Below are positions 32,735 through 43,128 of a stretch of DNA of 64,000 nucleotides, piece by piece. Position 1 is the first letter of the stretch, and each line of letters opens with the position of its first letter. A program made the position numbers and the translations under genes. Source of the DNA: a virus (lineage: Duplodnaviria; Caudoviricetes); the IMG/VR virus record IMGVR_UViG_2858943916_000002, positions 26,186-90,185 of that record; one strand, written 5' to 3'. The notes below the pieces were generated by a model. The model saw only the letters and a program-made list of their open reading frames with translations, did not search any database and was not told the origin of the DNA.

Positions 32735-33402
32735 TGAATTGCTCCATCCAGCGGCGTCGCGTCAATGACAGCGGGGTCGGACACGTCAAAAATCTCCACT
32801 GGGGCTGGGTCCGACACGGGAAAGGTCTGGACCTGACCGCTGCTCTCTTCTTCCGTTCCATCCGGTTCAGCAGTCTCCCCGAAATCCGCTGAAGCAGTCA
32901 CGCGCACCTCTTCGACGTAAATGTCGAAGATCAACTGGCTGGGGCCCGTGCGCGGACCACGCTCGTACGAGTAGCCCACGACGTTCGCGGACGGGTACAC
33001 GATCTCTGGCGTCACCACCGAAAGCAATTCGACGCTTGCCTTCAGGCCCTCCAACATCTCGAGCAGCTCCCCCCGCGATGTCATGTCGCCACTGTGAGCA
33101 AACCGAAGAGCGACGTCGAACGGTGTGTCCACCTTGTTGAAGGATGAAAACGAGCCCTGCTCGACGGGGAAGCTGGAGATGCGCGACCCGTTTCGGAATC
33201 GGATGCCGAGGAAGGTATCGAAGATCACCGCGGCGATTCCGTTCTGGTTGTATAGGCCCCATCTCGGCACACCGAAGATCAGGGCCGCCAGCGCGCCCAA
33301 ACCGAGGTTCGCCAGCTCAGACACCGACGGAATGGTCAGGTCGCGCAATACCGCCGGAACCCCAGGAACCTGGGGCACGTTAGGAAAGGGAATCAGCGGC
33401 AT
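32731..33402 (-). CDS. Baseplate/tail tube initiator protein
   Basis: FPVEQGSF.SFNKV..PF motif, after the tape measure. Confidence 0.78.
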   Translation of the reverse strand: MPLIPFPNVPQVPGVPAVLRDLTIPSVSELANLGLGALAALIFGVPRWGLYNQNGIAAVIFDTFLGIRFRNGSRISSFPVEQGSFSSFNKVDTPFDVALRFAHSGDMTSRGELLEMLEGLKASVELLSVVTPEIVYPSANVVGYSYERGPRTGPSQLIFDIYVEEVRVTASADFGETAEPDGTEEESSGQVQTFPVSDPAPVEIFDVSDPAVIDATPLDGAIQ

Positions 33403-35042
33403 CAGAAGGCCCCAGTATTTGCTTGGCTCACCAGATTTTGGCTACCGCCCAACGCGCCCAACTCTCGAGCCAGGCTACGCCCATCAGTTGCCTGGGTATG
33501 AACCGTCACAGGCCCGTTGATGTTGACTTCGTGGTTGTTTTCGGTGTTCAGCGGCAGAGGCTTGGCCGCCGGCTGCGCCAACGGTTGGGCGGCCTGGGCC
33601 ATGTTCACCGCGCCCAGCGCGCTGTTTGCGGTCAGGCCTTCTTTGACTCGAGCCAGGTAGTTGATGGTTTCAGTGGCCGAAGGCGAGCCACCAGCTTGCA
33701 CCGCGCGCGCCTGCTTGATACCGCCGTTGTATTCGGTAATCGCCGCATCGACATTGCCGTTGTAGCGCTTCAGCAGGTCGACAAAATAGCGCCCAGCCGC
33801 ATCGATCGAATCGTAGGGATTGGTGATTTCCCCCTTCCCATACTGCTCCCAGGTGCCAGGCATGAACTGCATGACGCCCTTGGCGCCGGCCGGCGAGACC
33901 TGGTCGCTATTGCTCCTTTCGCCCTGGTTCTTGATGGCGTTCAGGAGCCCTGGCGGTAGCCCATTCTCTTGCTCGACCTTCGTCGCGTACTCGTTCAGCT
34001 TGGGATCGTCGTACCGCATCCCATCGCTGCCACCCTTAGGCTTCAGCCAGGACGGGGTGATGGCGTCCTTCGCGGCATCCATCGACGCCTTGACGGGATC
34101 GCTCGAGCTATTGATCTTGTCGCGGACATCCTTAGGCACCAGCTTCTCGATCAGCGAGGTGAGAGCCTTCAGCAGTTGCTCGAACCCGGATACGAAGCTC
34201 TTAACCCCGTCGTTGATGGCGCCGCGGTTGCGGATGATCCAGTCGCCCAGCTCGATCAGCTTTTCGACGATGAAGTCGAACGCCGGCATCATCGCTGTCA
34301 GCACGTTCACGCCCACGCTAGACAGCTTGTTCATTGCTGTGTCGTATTTCTGGCGCAGTTGCTCGGCACGATCCGACGCAGCGGCGAGTTCCCCGGCCGC
34401 CCCGGACTGCTCACGACGCCGCCGCGCAATCCCCTCCGGGCCTTCCTTGTACAGGTTGAATTGCTGGGGATCCAACCCCATCATATTTGCGGCCAGCGCA
34501 GCGCGCGAGCGGTCGGTCTTGTACAGATCCTGGACGATCTTGGTACGAGCCAAGAGGTATGTGTTTCCGTCCTTCAGGTCTTCGACCTTGCCACCAAACT
34601 GGAAGAAGGCTGCAGCCGTTTCCGGAGCCATGCCCCGCTGGAATTTGGCGACCTGGTCGGCGGACTCTCTGAGCTGATTCGTGATCCCCTCGACGGAGCC
34701 GCCGGCGTTCTTTGCGGCGAGCTGCCATTCGGCCAGATCCTTGGCGCTCATGTTCAGATTGCCAGAAAGGCGCGCCAGGCTCGCCGTCGACTCCACCGTG
34801 CTGGACACGAAGTTCTTGATGCCCATGCCAGCGGTGAACACCGCCAACAGCGCCAGAGCCTCGTTGCGTACCTTGCTGAAGAACATGGCCGCCTGCTTTC
34901 CGCGCGCCTCCATATCCCGAGCCGTTCGTGCCGTCTCTTCACGGGTGTGCTTCAACGATTCATCGGTCTCAGCGGATCCGCGCTTGAACGCCTTGGCATC
35001 CAGGCCCAGAGTGACAACCAGGGCGTCAATTACGGTGGCCAT
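33402..35042 (-). CDS. Tape measure protein with a lytic transglycosylase (SLT) domain
   Basis: VIDALVVTLGLD N-terminus; E.S.....SPAGAKG.MQFMP.T...YN.G. Confidence 0.88.
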   Translation of the reverse strand: MATVIDALVVTLGLDAKAFKRGSAETDESLKHTREETARTARDMEARGKQAAMFFSKVRNEALALLAVFTAGMGIKNFVSSTVESTASLARLSGNLNMSAKDLAEWQLAAKNAGGSVEGITNQLRESADQVAKFQRGMAPETAAAFFQFGGKVEDLKDGNTYLLARTKIVQDLYKTDRSRAALAANMMGLDPQQFNLYKEGPEGIARRRREQSGAAGELAAASDRAEQLRQKYDTAMNKLSSVGVNVLTAMMPAFDFIVEKLIELGDWIIRNRGAINDGVKSFVSGFEQLLKALTSLIEKLVPKDVRDKINSSSDPVKASMDAAKDAITPSWLKPKGGSDGMRYDDPKLNEYATKVEQENGLPPGLLNAIKNQGERSNSDQVSPAGAKGVMQFMPGTWEQYGKGEITNPYDSIDAAGRYFVDLLKRYNGNVDAAITEYNGGIKQARAVQAGGSPSATETINYLARVKEGLTANSALGAVNMAQAAQPLAQPAAKPLPLNTENNHEVNINGPVTVHTQATDGRSLARELGALGGSQNLVSQANTGAF

Positions 35043-35043
35043 G

Positions 35044-35280
35044 CTATTTTCTCGCGTTCGCTATCGCTTCTTGGTTGTGCGCGTCGACCGCGAACACCTC
35101 AAGCAGGTTGTAGAGGTCCTCGGCACCGTAGACCGTCTGCAAATCGCGCAGCAGGCTCGGGTGCCGAGAGATCACCGCCCCGATGTTGGGTGGAATGTTT
35201 CCGTACCTGATCAGCCGCGGGCCGCCGCCGTGCCAGGCTTGGAGCCCGAAGTCGATTTGGCGGCGGCCATAGAAAAATCC
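35044..35280 (-). CDS. gpT-like tail chaperone extension, reached by a predicted -1 frameshift
   Basis: -1 frame open from G GAT TTT T (35280-35273) to TAG 35044: ...IGAVIS...L.DLQTVYG.EDLYNLLEV..VD.HN. Confidence 0.6.
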   Translation of the reverse strand, partial: GFFYGRRQIDFGLQAWHGGGPRLIRYGNIPPNIGAVISRHPSLLRDLQTVYGAEDLYNLLEVFAVDAHNQEAIANARK

Positions 35281-35648
35281 ATGTGCAGCCCCAGCACGTG
35301 CTTGCGCAGGGTCAGAAGTGTCGCCACCTCCTCGATGTCATCGGCAATCAAGCGCCGCGTCACCTTGGCGCTCGGCTGTATTTCTACGCACTCCATCATC
35401 TTGTCCAGCAATGGCTTGGCGCTTTCGTAAGGCAGCTTGGTCAGGGCGGTCATGCCCAAGGCGGCAACGCCGGCAAGGCCGGACTGCGCGATGTTCTCGG
35501 GGATCTGCACCCCGGCGTTCATCAGGGCGAAAAGAGCGCGCCCCGCCCAGTCCTCGGCCTCATAGGCAGAGAGCTCGGTCAACACGAACACCTTGCCCTG
35601 GTCGCGCCCTTCGGCGCTGATGGTCACGGTTTCCTGTCTGCGCGCCAT
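35211..35648 (-). CDS. Tail assembly chaperone (gpG-like)
   Basis: GRD.GK.F..TE..A..AE.WA.RA, DIEEV.TL..LR; lies between tube and tape measure. Confidence 0.8.
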   Translation of the reverse strand: MARRQETVTISAEGRDQGKVFVLTELSAYEAEDWAGRALFALMNAGVQIPENIAQSGLAGVAALGMTALTKLPYESAKPLLDKMMECVEIQPSAKVTRRLIADDIEEVATLLTLRKHVLGLHMDFSMAAAKSTSGSKPGTAAARG

Positions 35649-35649
35649 A

Positions 35650-36081
35650 TCACACCAGTGCCGGAGAGACGTTCTGCCAGGTGATCTGGAACGTCATAGG
35701 TTGAAGGATGGAGCGGGCCGTGGGCACCATCGGCGCCTGGGTCAGCACCCCGCGCTGCAGCGTGTACTTGCGCTCGATAGAGGGGATTGCGAGGGTTCCA
35801 TTCGAGTAGAAGACCTCTCGCGAAGTCTTCATCGCGGCCATCCAGGCCTCGAAAATGAACTTCGAGGGGGAATCCGCCTGGATAGAGATCGTCTGCACGA
35901 CCGGCTGCGGCGTGAAGCCGGCCGACATGTAACCATCCACACCCATCACAGCCTGTGCGAGCTGCACCGCCTCGAATGCGAAGGCGTCGTCGGTGGCATA
36001 ACCCTCGATCTTCTGCGGCACAGGGAAGACGAGGCCGACGCCCAGCATCAGGACGGAATTGGCACTGGTCAAAGTGGTCAT
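35650..36081 (-). CDS. Tail tube protein
   Basis: TLTSANS, MGVDG..SAG, I.LQADSPS. Confidence 0.82.
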   Translation of the reverse strand: MTTLTSANSVLMLGVGLVFPVPQKIEGYATDDAFAFEAVQLAQAVMGVDGYMSAGFTPQPVVQTISIQADSPSKFIFEAWMAAMKTSREVFYSNGTLAIPSIERKYTLQRGVLTQAPMVPTARSILQPMTFQITWQNVSPALV

Positions 36082-36093
36082 GGTGTATAGCCC

Positions 36094-37572
36094 TTACAGG
36101 ACGGCCAGAGAGGCCAGGGTGATCTGCTGGACGGAACCGCCATCCATGTACCAGAACGTCATGGGCGGCGTGCCGCGCGCTTCGCGCACCTGCGGCGTGG
36201 CGTCCTTGATCTGCAGGTACCAGCCGCGGGTCTGGAGCGTTTCGGAGATATCCACGCCGGCCTGGTTGTTCACCTGGGCCTTCTGCTGCGCGGACAGCGT
36301 CACACCGGCACGGATGGAGCCGAAGTTCACGCCCGCGTTGATGGGATCCAGGCAGGCGGCATCGATCAGCGTGTACCCGTCCAGGTTGTACGGGATCGAG
36401 TTCACCTGCGTGAGCAGCGTCATCAGCGCCTGCTGGAACGCAGCGTTCTGCCAGATCTGGTTCACATAGGTGTCGATCCACTTCCAGTTGCCGCTGATCT
36501 GCCCGGGGTAGAAAAAGCGGAACTGGTCGTTGCTGGTCGCATAGTCGCCGTAGAAGTTGTAACCGTTGTCGATCAGCGTCTGCGCGGTCGTGGCGTCGGT
36601 CACCGAGAACGTCAGGCCAGACTGGCCCTTGAATGCCAGTGTGATCCGGCCGTTCGTGCGCTCGAAGTCGATCGACGCCACGGCGCCCAGGACGAAAGCC
36701 GCATGCTGGATGTCCTTGTAGACCGGCACCGAGCCCGAATATTCGTTCGCCGCTATGCGCGCGGCCCAGCTGGTGGTACTGCCCTGCTGCGCGGCCGCCA
36801 CGTCGGTATCCCAGCCCACATAGGCGAAGCGATTGGCTCGGCTGTTCGTCCAAGCCGAGAATGCGACCTTGCCATCCGTGTCCGGCTCGAACGTGGTCAT
36901 GAACGACGCCCAGTTCTGGGTGATGTCCGTGATCGCACTCATGTTCGTGGCCGGCACACCCGCGACTGCGCCTTGCGACAACACCGCACCGGTAGCCTGC
37001 GTCAGCTTCAGGCCGGCCGCGATCGTGCCGCTGCCGTAGCTGATGGTGCTTGCCGCGCCGTCGGTGGCCGAGGTGATCACGAAGCCGGCGCGCTGGGCGT
37101 CATAGGTGCAGGAGGCACCGAACGACGTGAAAGCCGCCTGGATGATCGAGGCCGCGTTCGAGAAGCTGGTAGCCCCCGACAGCGTGATGGTGCTGGAGGT
37201 CTTGGCCACACCGTCAACGGTCACGGTCAGCACGCCCGTCAGGGCCTGCAATTGCGCCAACGTGGTCGAAGCCATCGAGCCGCCGCGCAGATAGCCGGCG
37301 ACGGCCTCGGTCGGATACTGGGCGAACAGCACGTTGCCCGGCTTGCGCGTCGAGTTGTCGAAGCCGTTGAAGTAGATGCCGGCCAGCGTCGCCTCGGTGG
37401 ACGTGGCGCCGAAGAAACGCTCCACATCGCGCGCCGTGGCGAAGCTTTGGACAGTGCCGACCGGCACAGCCGTATCGGTGGTGAGGATCAGGCCGTTCAG
37501 GTCGAGCGCCGATCCGCCGGCGCCGATCACGCCAGGGACGACCTGGACGATTTCACTGGCGGGAATGGACAT
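36094..37572 (-). CDS. Tail sheath protein (DUF3383)
   Basis: IPAS.IV.V.PGV, IPYN..G, WY.DGG..Q.I. Confidence 0.88.
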   Translation of the reverse strand: MSIPASEIVQVVPGVIGAGGSALDLNGLILTTDTAVPVGTVQSFATARDVERFFGATSTEATLAGIYFNGFDNSTRKPGNVLFAQYPTEAVAGYLRGGSMASTTLAQLQALTGVLTVTVDGVAKTSSTITLSGATSFSNAASIIQAAFTSFGASCTYDAQRAGFVITSATDGAASTISYGSGTIAAGLKLTQATGAVLSQGAVAGVPATNMSAITDITQNWASFMTTFEPDTDGKVAFSAWTNSRANRFAYVGWDTDVAAAQQGSTTSWAARIAANEYSGSVPVYKDIQHAAFVLGAVASIDFERTNGRITLAFKGQSGLTFSVTDATTAQTLIDNGYNFYGDYATSNDQFRFFYPGQISGNWKWIDTYVNQIWQNAAFQQALMTLLTQVNSIPYNLDGYTLIDAACLDPINAGVNFGSIRAGVTLSAQQKAQVNNQAGVDISETLQTRGWYLQIKDATPQVREARGTPPMTFWYMDGGSVQQITLASLAVL

Positions 37573-37576
37573 AGCT

Positions 37577-38110
37577 TTAAGCTCCCGGAGGGTAGGTAGT
37601 GTCGACCTCGACGAAGTCAACGTGGAGTTCGTCCGCAAACTGCTGCGGCACGGTGATGGATGGGTTGAACTGCAGGACCGCGTCGACTGACCAGCGCTCC
37701 AGGTACTGATCCTCGCCGGTGATGAACGGCAGTTGCCGCGGCTCACCGGTGTAGAGCGGCTGCGCGCCGCTCGCCTTCAATGCATCGCAGCCATAGGAGC
37801 TGCGCAGCGCGATACAGATGGCCAGGGCCATGTCCTGCGCGCCGTCTCCGTAGCAATCGACCTGGGCGTTCCACTGGGTGGGCCGCGTCAGGGTCATGGC
37901 GCCGGCGTTCGGCACGTCCGCGTAGGTGGTGCGCGGAAGCGACAGCGCAGGCGCCAGGATGGGCGTGATGTACACGTAGCGCCCGGCCGGCGGCGGCACG
38001 CGGTTCTGCTGCCCGCGCGCCACCGGAACCTGGTTGCCGACGATGACCTCGACGAACGCGCCCAGCGCGTCGACCAGCGCGTCTTCGGTGAGGGAAACAG
38101 GGATGCTCAT
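37577..38110 (-). CDS. Tail terminator/completion protein
   Basis: Q.N.VP.P, Q.D.YG, PLY...P.Q, E.QY..RW.....QFNP. Confidence 0.78.
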   Translation of the reverse strand: MSIPVSLTEDALVDALGAFVEVIVGNQVPVARGQQNRVPPPAGRYVYITPILAPALSLPRTTYADVPNAGAMTLTRPTQWNAQVDCYGDGAQDMALAICIALRSSYGCDALKASGAQPLYTGEPRQLPFITGEDQYLERWSVDAVLQFNPSITVPQQFADELHVDFVEVDTTYPPGA

Positions 38111-38484
38111 GGCGCCGCGTCCATCTGAAGAGTCACGCCGACCTTGCACCAGTCGGGCCAGGTCTCGAAGACCACGGTCACCAGCCAGACCTGGCCGCCG
38201 AAGACCAGCAGATCGCCACCCTTGGCCAGCGCGCGCACAACGCCCTGGGTGTCTCCGTACATATAGACGCTGCGCTGCACACCCTGGATGTTCTGCGCCT
38301 CAAGATGCGCCAGGTCCTTGCCGCTCAGCGGCTGCACCTGGAGCCGCGCGGCCGCGTCCGGCTTGTACTTCGGCACCTGCTTGCGCCCGGCGCCGATCTC
38401 GTAGCCATCGCTGGCGCGCAGCGTGCCGTCGATCATCGGGTTCACCGTGGCGATGATCGGGGATGCCAAGCCGTGAAGATTCAA
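38107..38484 (-). CDS. Head-tail adaptor/closure protein
   Basis: MNLHG.....I..VNP, QVQPLS..DL, WPDW. Confidence 0.78.
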   Translation of the reverse strand: MNLHGLASPIIATVNPMIDGTLRASDGYEIGAGRKQVPKYKPDAAARLQVQPLSGKDLAHLEAQNIQGVQRSVYMYGDTQGVVRALAKGGDLLVFGGQVWLVTVVFETWPDWCKVGVTLQMDAAP

Positions 38485-38975
38485 GACGCTCTCCCATACT
38501 CGCCGAAATGAACCGCTGCTGCCGCGACGTATGCCTCGTGCGCCAATTCAGGGGACACAAACATCCCCAGATGCTTACGCACGCAGGAAAGCCGAATATC
38601 GGCGCGCCACTTCTTGCGCCCGGAATCCCATGAAACACCTTTAAATCCCGAGCGGTTGTCAGCACGAACCGATGTGTTCATGGCATTCTGACTTTTCGTC
38701 GCTGCACGCAGGTTGCTCCAACGGTTGTCGCCTCTGATGAGGTTGATGTGGTCAACCTCATCAGATGGCCACGACCCAGTCATGAGCAGCCATGCCAATC
38801 GGTGCGCGCGGTAAAGGCGTCCGTCCAGATAGATCTGAAGATATCCGTCCTTTACCGCCCCGGTCGCCTGTCCAACGCGCGAGGCGTACTTGTTGGTCTT
38901 CCAGCGAAACACGCCAGTGTCGGGATCGTAGGAAAGTCGTGACCGAACATATTCGGCCGTCGGCGCAGTTTTCAT
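38481..38975 (-). CDS. Free-standing HNH-AP2 homing endonuclease
   Basis: L.YDP.TG.F.W, AHRLAW, VDHIN..R.DNR..NLR, SGFKGV.W...KW.A.I. Confidence 0.88.
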   Translation of the reverse strand: MKTAPTAEYVRSRLSYDPDTGVFRWKTNKYASRVGQATGAVKDGYLQIYLDGRLYRAHRLAWLLMTGSWPSDEVDHINLIRGDNRWSNLRAATKSQNAMNTSVRADNRSGFKGVSWDSGRKKWRADIRLSCVRKHLGMFVSPELAHEAYVAAAAVHFGEYGRAS

Positions 38976-39424
38976 GTGTCGACCTCGTAGTCCACGCTGT
39001 TCATCATGTGGCCGGTATCGACCAGCGGCTTCTCGAAGCCCTTGCGCGCCACCGTGACAGGCGACAGGGCCGGGCTGTCCAGGTGTCGAATGGATTCCTG
39101 CAGCTGCCCCTTGATGCCTTCGCCCATCTGGCCGAGCGTCTTGTCGATGTCGTAGTCGTTGTTTTTGGCCACGGCGCCCAGGGCGCGCGGCCAGTCCTTC
39201 TGCTTCTCGGAGATCATCCCCCGGAAGAACGGCCGCGGCGGCTGATTGCGGTCAGGACGGCCGAACTCGTTCACGGCGGCCACAAGGGCGACCGGGGTGC
39301 CGTCTGGATAGGTCGCGCCTTCCAGGAACCCCACCCGCAACGTCCCGCCGTCCCCCAGCCTCTGGGCCAGTTCTTCCAGCCGCTTCACCAGCGCCTGGCC
39401 GCCCTTCAGCTCTACGGCCGCCAT
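38972..39424 (-). CDS. Neck/tail-completion protein
   Basis: VGFLEGATYPDG, NEFG, PPRPFFR, KPL.DTG.M. Confidence 0.8.
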   Translation of the reverse strand: MAAVELKGGQALVKRLEELAQRLGDGGTLRVGFLEGATYPDGTPVALVAAVNEFGRPDRNQPPRPFFRGMISEKQKDWPRALGAVAKNNDYDIDKTLGQMGEGIKGQLQESIRHLDSPALSPVTVARKGFEKPLVDTGHMMNSVDYEVDT

Positions 39425-39843
39425 GGGATCACCACTGGAACCGCGTAGCCCGTCGGCGCGGGCCGATAGCGGCCCACCCGGTACTTGGCCGTGGCCTCCC
39501 AATACTGGGCGCCATAGCTGGTCTGCGCGTACCACTGCGCTGAGCCCGGCGCCACGTTGTACTCGGCCGAGACCGACACCGAGCCCTCCGTGGCGCTGCT
39601 GATCCGCCCCACCAGCGGACGCGGACCCTGGCCGTTCTCGCCATAGGTCAGCGCCGCCACGTGGGCCGTCAGCAGATACAGGAGCACCTTGCGCTCGTCG
39701 ACGTCACAGACCGCGCTGCTGTCCTTGTTGCTCAGGTACAGCGTGGCCATGCTGAAGGCATGGTTCAACTGCGCATCCGTGAGCGTGGCGAAGGACGGGT
39801 AGATCTGCCGGAACTCGGCAGGGTCAAAGACGACGACAGCCAT
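39412..39843 (-). CDS. Head-tail connector (DUF4054)
   Basis: FR..YP.F, LYLLTAH, GRISSA.EGSVSV, W..QT.YG..YW. Confidence 0.85.
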   Translation of the reverse strand: MAVVVFDPAEFRQIYPSFATLTDAQLNHAFSMATLYLSNKDSSAVCDVDERKVLLYLLTAHVAALTYGENGQGPRPLVGRISSATEGSVSVSAEYNVAPGSAQWYAQTSYGAQYWEATAKYRVGRYRPAPTGYAVPVVIPWRP

Positions 39844-39852
39844 GGGCCGCTC

Positions 39853-40185
39853 CTAGTTTTTCTGATCGGGCACGCGCTCGAGGCCCTTGCCGGGCTTGTC
39901 CGGGTCCAAGCCTTCCAGGCCGCTCTTCTCGCCCTTGCGTTCCTTGGCCTTCGAGATGGCGCTGCGTTCGCCGCCCTGGGCGAAGATCAGTTCCTTCTTC
40001 AGCGGTTGGAAATCGGGGTACAGCTTCGTCCAGGCTTCCCAGAAGTCGGCGGCCACTTCGGTGAGGCCATGGCCTGCGATGGCTTCCGGGTGGTTGGCGC
40101 CATTCAGCACCACCGGCTGTTTGGCGCCCGGGACGTCCAGGACCAGCCCATTGGGCAATTTGCACGCGACGGTAACGGTCGACAT
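39853..40185 (-). CDS. Phage hypothetical (structural-region) protein
   Basis: VTVACKLP.GL.L, G.T.V..DFW..W, SGLE.LDP. Confidence 0.75.
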   Translation of the reverse strand: MSTVTVACKLPNGLVLDVPGAKQPVVLNGANHPEAIAGHGLTEVAADFWEAWTKLYPDFQPLKKELIFAQGGERSAISKAKERKGEKSGLEGLDPDKPGKGLERVPDQKN

Positions 40186-40200
40186 TTCTCTTCCTCGAAT

Positions 40201-40227
40201 AAAAAAGGGGCGCCAAATCGGCGCCCC
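40201..40227 (-). terminator. Terminator after the major capsid gene
   Basis: GGGGCGCC/GGCGCCCC stem plus T6. Confidence 0.75.
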
Positions 40228-40249
40228 TGGTCGTGGCAGCAGGCCTGCG

Positions 40250-41275
40250 TTACACGCCGATCATGCTGGCGATGGCCATCGGAACCTTGATGACGGCGCC
40301 CCAGGTGCCCTGCGACTTCTTCTGCTTGAAGCTGGAGGTGTCACGGACGATGGCATGGGCGCGCATCTTCTCGGTGAAGGCGGCGGTGCCCACGTTCTGG
40401 CCTTCGATCGAGTCGGCGATGAGCTGCACCAGCTGGCCCGAGCCCGTGGCGTACTGCACGGCGGTCTCGACCGTCAGGTTGGGGAAGTTCTTGGCCAGCA
40501 TGTCGCTGACGTTGACGTTGTACTGGTTCGTCTTCGTCAGGTTGACTTCGATCTCGGGCGACATGCACAGCTTCAGCTTGTCGCGACGCGTGACCAGGCC
40601 CCGCGTCTGCGACACCAACTGGCCGTAGATCTTCACGATGTCGTCGTAAACCGCTTGGCCATCCTTGCCCGACCAGAGGGTCACGCCGCCGACCGAGATC
40701 GGAGCCACCGGCGCCGACAGGTTCGGATCGTTCAGCAGGCCGTAGTTCTGCAGGCCGGCGATGCCGAAGAAGTAGCTGTTGTCCTGGAACTTGTTCAGCA
40801 CCAACGCGGACGCGATGTTCAGCTCCGACGCCCAGTTGATCTTCGCCTGGCCCGCCATGTCCAGCTCGCGCTCACCCCATTCCGTCATGGTCTGGTAGTG
40901 GTACGACTGGCGCTGCGGGAAGTTGGTGTTCGCGCCGGCGCGGCCGTTGTTGTTGAAGTCGCCGTAGGACGACACTTCACCCGTGGATTCCACCACCGGG
41001 AAGGTGGCGGTCAGGGTGGTCCAGTCGCCTTTCTTGGACTCGCCCAGGATCACGGCGCCCTGCATTGGCGTCGTAAGCACGCGGGTCAGCTCGGGATCGA
41101 TGTAGTTCAGCAGGTAGCTCGGGATGCCCGAGTTGCTGACCGTCACCAGCGGGCCGGCGGCATCCATGGCCAGAGCGTAATCGTGGCGGAACTCGTCGGG
41201 CAGATAGTCCATGGCGCCCGGGAACACGATGCCGAAGTGCTTCTCCAGCAGCGCGAGGTCTTGATTTCGTTTCAT
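40250..41275 (-). CDS. Major capsid protein (DUF2184 family)
   Basis: E.KKGDW, GE...YGD, Y..Q....WGE.E, N..YF.GI.GL..YG.LN.P. Confidence 0.88.
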   Translation of the reverse strand: MKRNQDLALLEKHFGIVFPGAMDYLPDEFRHDYALAMDAAGPLVTVSNSGIPSYLLNYIDPELTRVLTTPMQGAVILGESKKGDWTTLTATFPVVESTGEVSSYGDFNNNGRAGANTNFPQRQSYHYQTMTEWGERELDMAGQAKINWASELNIASALVLNKFQDNSYFFGIAGLQNYGLLNDPNLSAPVAPISVGGVTLWSGKDGQAVYDDIVKIYGQLVSQTRGLVTRRDKLKLCMSPEIEVNLTKTNQYNVNVSDMLAKNFPNLTVETAVQYATGSGQLVQLIADSIEGQNVGTAAFTEKMRAHAIVRDTSSFKQKKSQGTWGAVIKVPMAIASMIGV

Positions 41276-41278
41276 GTC

Positions 41279-41764
41279 TTACCCCAGGGAAGTGGAGGTC
41301 ATTTTGATCAGTGCGCCGATCGCGCCAGCACTGGCAACCTTCCAGGCGGTCTCGGTGTGGCCAGCGATGGTGTCGCCAGCCGCGCCCGTGGATACCGTGC
41401 CGTCGGTGTTCGACGCGAACACCTTCTGGCCGATGGTCGCCACGGTCTTGGTGGCCGCCAGGAAGTCACCGCCGTCATGCAGGGTGACGCCCAGACCGGC
41501 CGGGATGATCATGGTCGCCTCGCCCAGCCAGGTGATGATGACGGCCTGCTGCTCGCGGTGCACGAAACCGGACGGAACGCCCGTGCCGGCATTGGTGACC
41601 TTGCCGTTGGCGTCGGCCCAGGCGAAGCGCCCGACCGTCACGCCGGCGGTGTCAGCCACCAAGGCGCCGGGCCCGGCCAGCACGGTGGCCCGGGGGTTGG
41701 CGCTGGCGAAGTCGCCGGCCACGCCGAGAGCCGGCTCGATGTAAACCTGTTTCTGGAAGCCCAT
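41279..41764 (-). CDS. Head decoration/cement protein
   Basis: FQ..V......GV.GDFAS.NPR; directly before the capsid gene. Confidence 0.78.
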   Translation of the reverse strand: MGFQKQVYIEPALGVAGDFASANPRATVLAGPGALVADTAGVTVGRFAWADANGKVTNAGTGVPSGFVHREQQAVIITWLGEATMIIPAGLGVTLHDGGDFLAATKTVATIGQKVFASNTDGTVSTGAAGDTIAGHTETAWKVASAGAIGALIKMTSTSLG

Positions 41765-41766
41765 GA

Positions 41767-43128
41767 TTAGATCGCCTTCGGAATGTGCGGGAAGCGGTCG
41801 CGGAAGCTCTTCTGAGCGGCCGAGTCCATCGCCACACGCGGGGTTTGCGGAGCCTGGTCTTGCGCCAGGGCCATCTTGACCAGCGCGCGATACGCCGAGG
41901 GCGGCGTATCGGTCAGATCGATGCCCTTGGCGTCCAGGGCCATCTTGTAGACCGCCTCGGCCGAGTCCTGGGCGACGATCTCGCCGAGGATGGGCCGGCA
42001 TTCTTGCTCGGCGGTGCGGATTTCGGTCCAGCGTTTGACGGCGGCCTGCTCGCCATCCTTCTGGGCCTTGGCCAGCGCCTGGTCCATGGCCTGCTTGGTC
42101 ACCGGCGCCGGCGGCGTTCCGGGGGTGGGCGTCGGTTCGTCCTTGGCCGCGGCCGGCTCGCCCAGGGCGGCCATGACGCGCGCGGCTTCTTCCGGACCCA
42201 GCTTTTCGCCGAGCATCTCGCGGATCTTGCCCATGAGCTCGTCGTCTTGGGCGACCGGTTCGGGCGTGTCGTCGTCTTCGTCTTCACCGATGGGCGCCAC
42301 GGCCGGGTCGGTGAATACCTCGATGACCGCTTTCAGGTCTTCCAGATCGGCGTCCTGCGCCAGCTTGCCCTTGAAGTGGTTCTGCATGGCGCGCACGATG
42401 CGCGGCAGCTCCGACTTCAGGCTCTTGCGGCTGACGCCCTTCAGGAAGGGGGTCAGGTCGCCCAGTGCCGCGTCCTGGGCCAGCCGGGGCCGGATATGCG
42501 CCCCGAGTGCCCCGGCGACGACGGCGGCGGTTTTCGTCAGTTTCATTTTCGGGATCTCCGAAGGGTTGAGGGTACTGCTGTCGCCTACGACGACGTCCGG
42601 GCCTGCGCGGCCCACTTCGACAAGCGCGACGTGATTGCCGCGGATGTCTCGCATTACCCCGTCGTGTGCGACGCCCTCATAGACACCGGGCGTCATGTCG
42701 GCCCGGTAGCGATAGGCGCTCGAAAGCTCCTTTTGCTCTTCGGATTCGATGAGCGCGATCGCGACGGCGTCCCACACGACGAGGGAATTCTTGAGGTACG
42801 GCGCCTGGTAGGAGGCGTTCGAACCCGTGGCCCCGACCACAAACTCTTTCTGCGGCTCGGCGGCCGAGACGGGGATGTGCTTGGACAGCAGCGGGATGTT
42901 GTTGAAGGTGGACGCGGCGCGCGCCAGCTCTTCCGGGTCCCTGAGCAGGAAGTAGATGCGGTTGGCGTCAAGGCCCAGCACTTCCCAGTCCGGGATCTCG
43001 TTGCCGCGGTAAGGGTTGACCGTGGCCTTGCTGATGTTGCTGATCTCGACGTGCATCCGGCCGTCCACGTCGATCGTGCGGACGGTGGCGCGGTCGAAGG
43101 CCAGGCCCTGACGGTTCTGCTGTTTCAT
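41767..43128 (-). CDS. Capsid maturation protease/scaffold (DUF2213)
   Basis: LAFD...R..D.DG.MHV, ELSS.Y.Y..D..PG, I.GNHVALV..GRAG. Confidence 0.88.
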   Translation of the reverse strand: MKQQNRQGLAFDRATVRTIDVDGRMHVEISNISKATVNPYRGNEIPDWEVLGLDANRIYFLLRDPEELARAASTFNNIPLLSKHIPVSAAEPQKEFVVGATGSNASYQAPYLKNSLVVWDAVAIALIESEEQKELSSAYRYRADMTPGVYEGVAHDGVMRDIRGNHVALVEVGRAGPDVVVGDSSTLNPSEIPKMKLTKTAAVVAGALGAHIRPRLAQDAALGDLTPFLKGVSRKSLKSELPRIVRAMQNHFKGKLAQDADLEDLKAVIEVFTDPAVAPIGEDEDDDTPEPVAQDDELMGKIREMLGEKLGPEEAARVMAALGEPAAAKDEPTPTPGTPPAPVTKQAMDQALAKAQKDGEQAAVKRWTEIRTAEQECRPILGEIVAQDSAEAVYKMALDAKGIDLTDTPPSAYRALVKMALAQDQAPQTPRVAMDSAAQKSFRDRFPHIPKAI

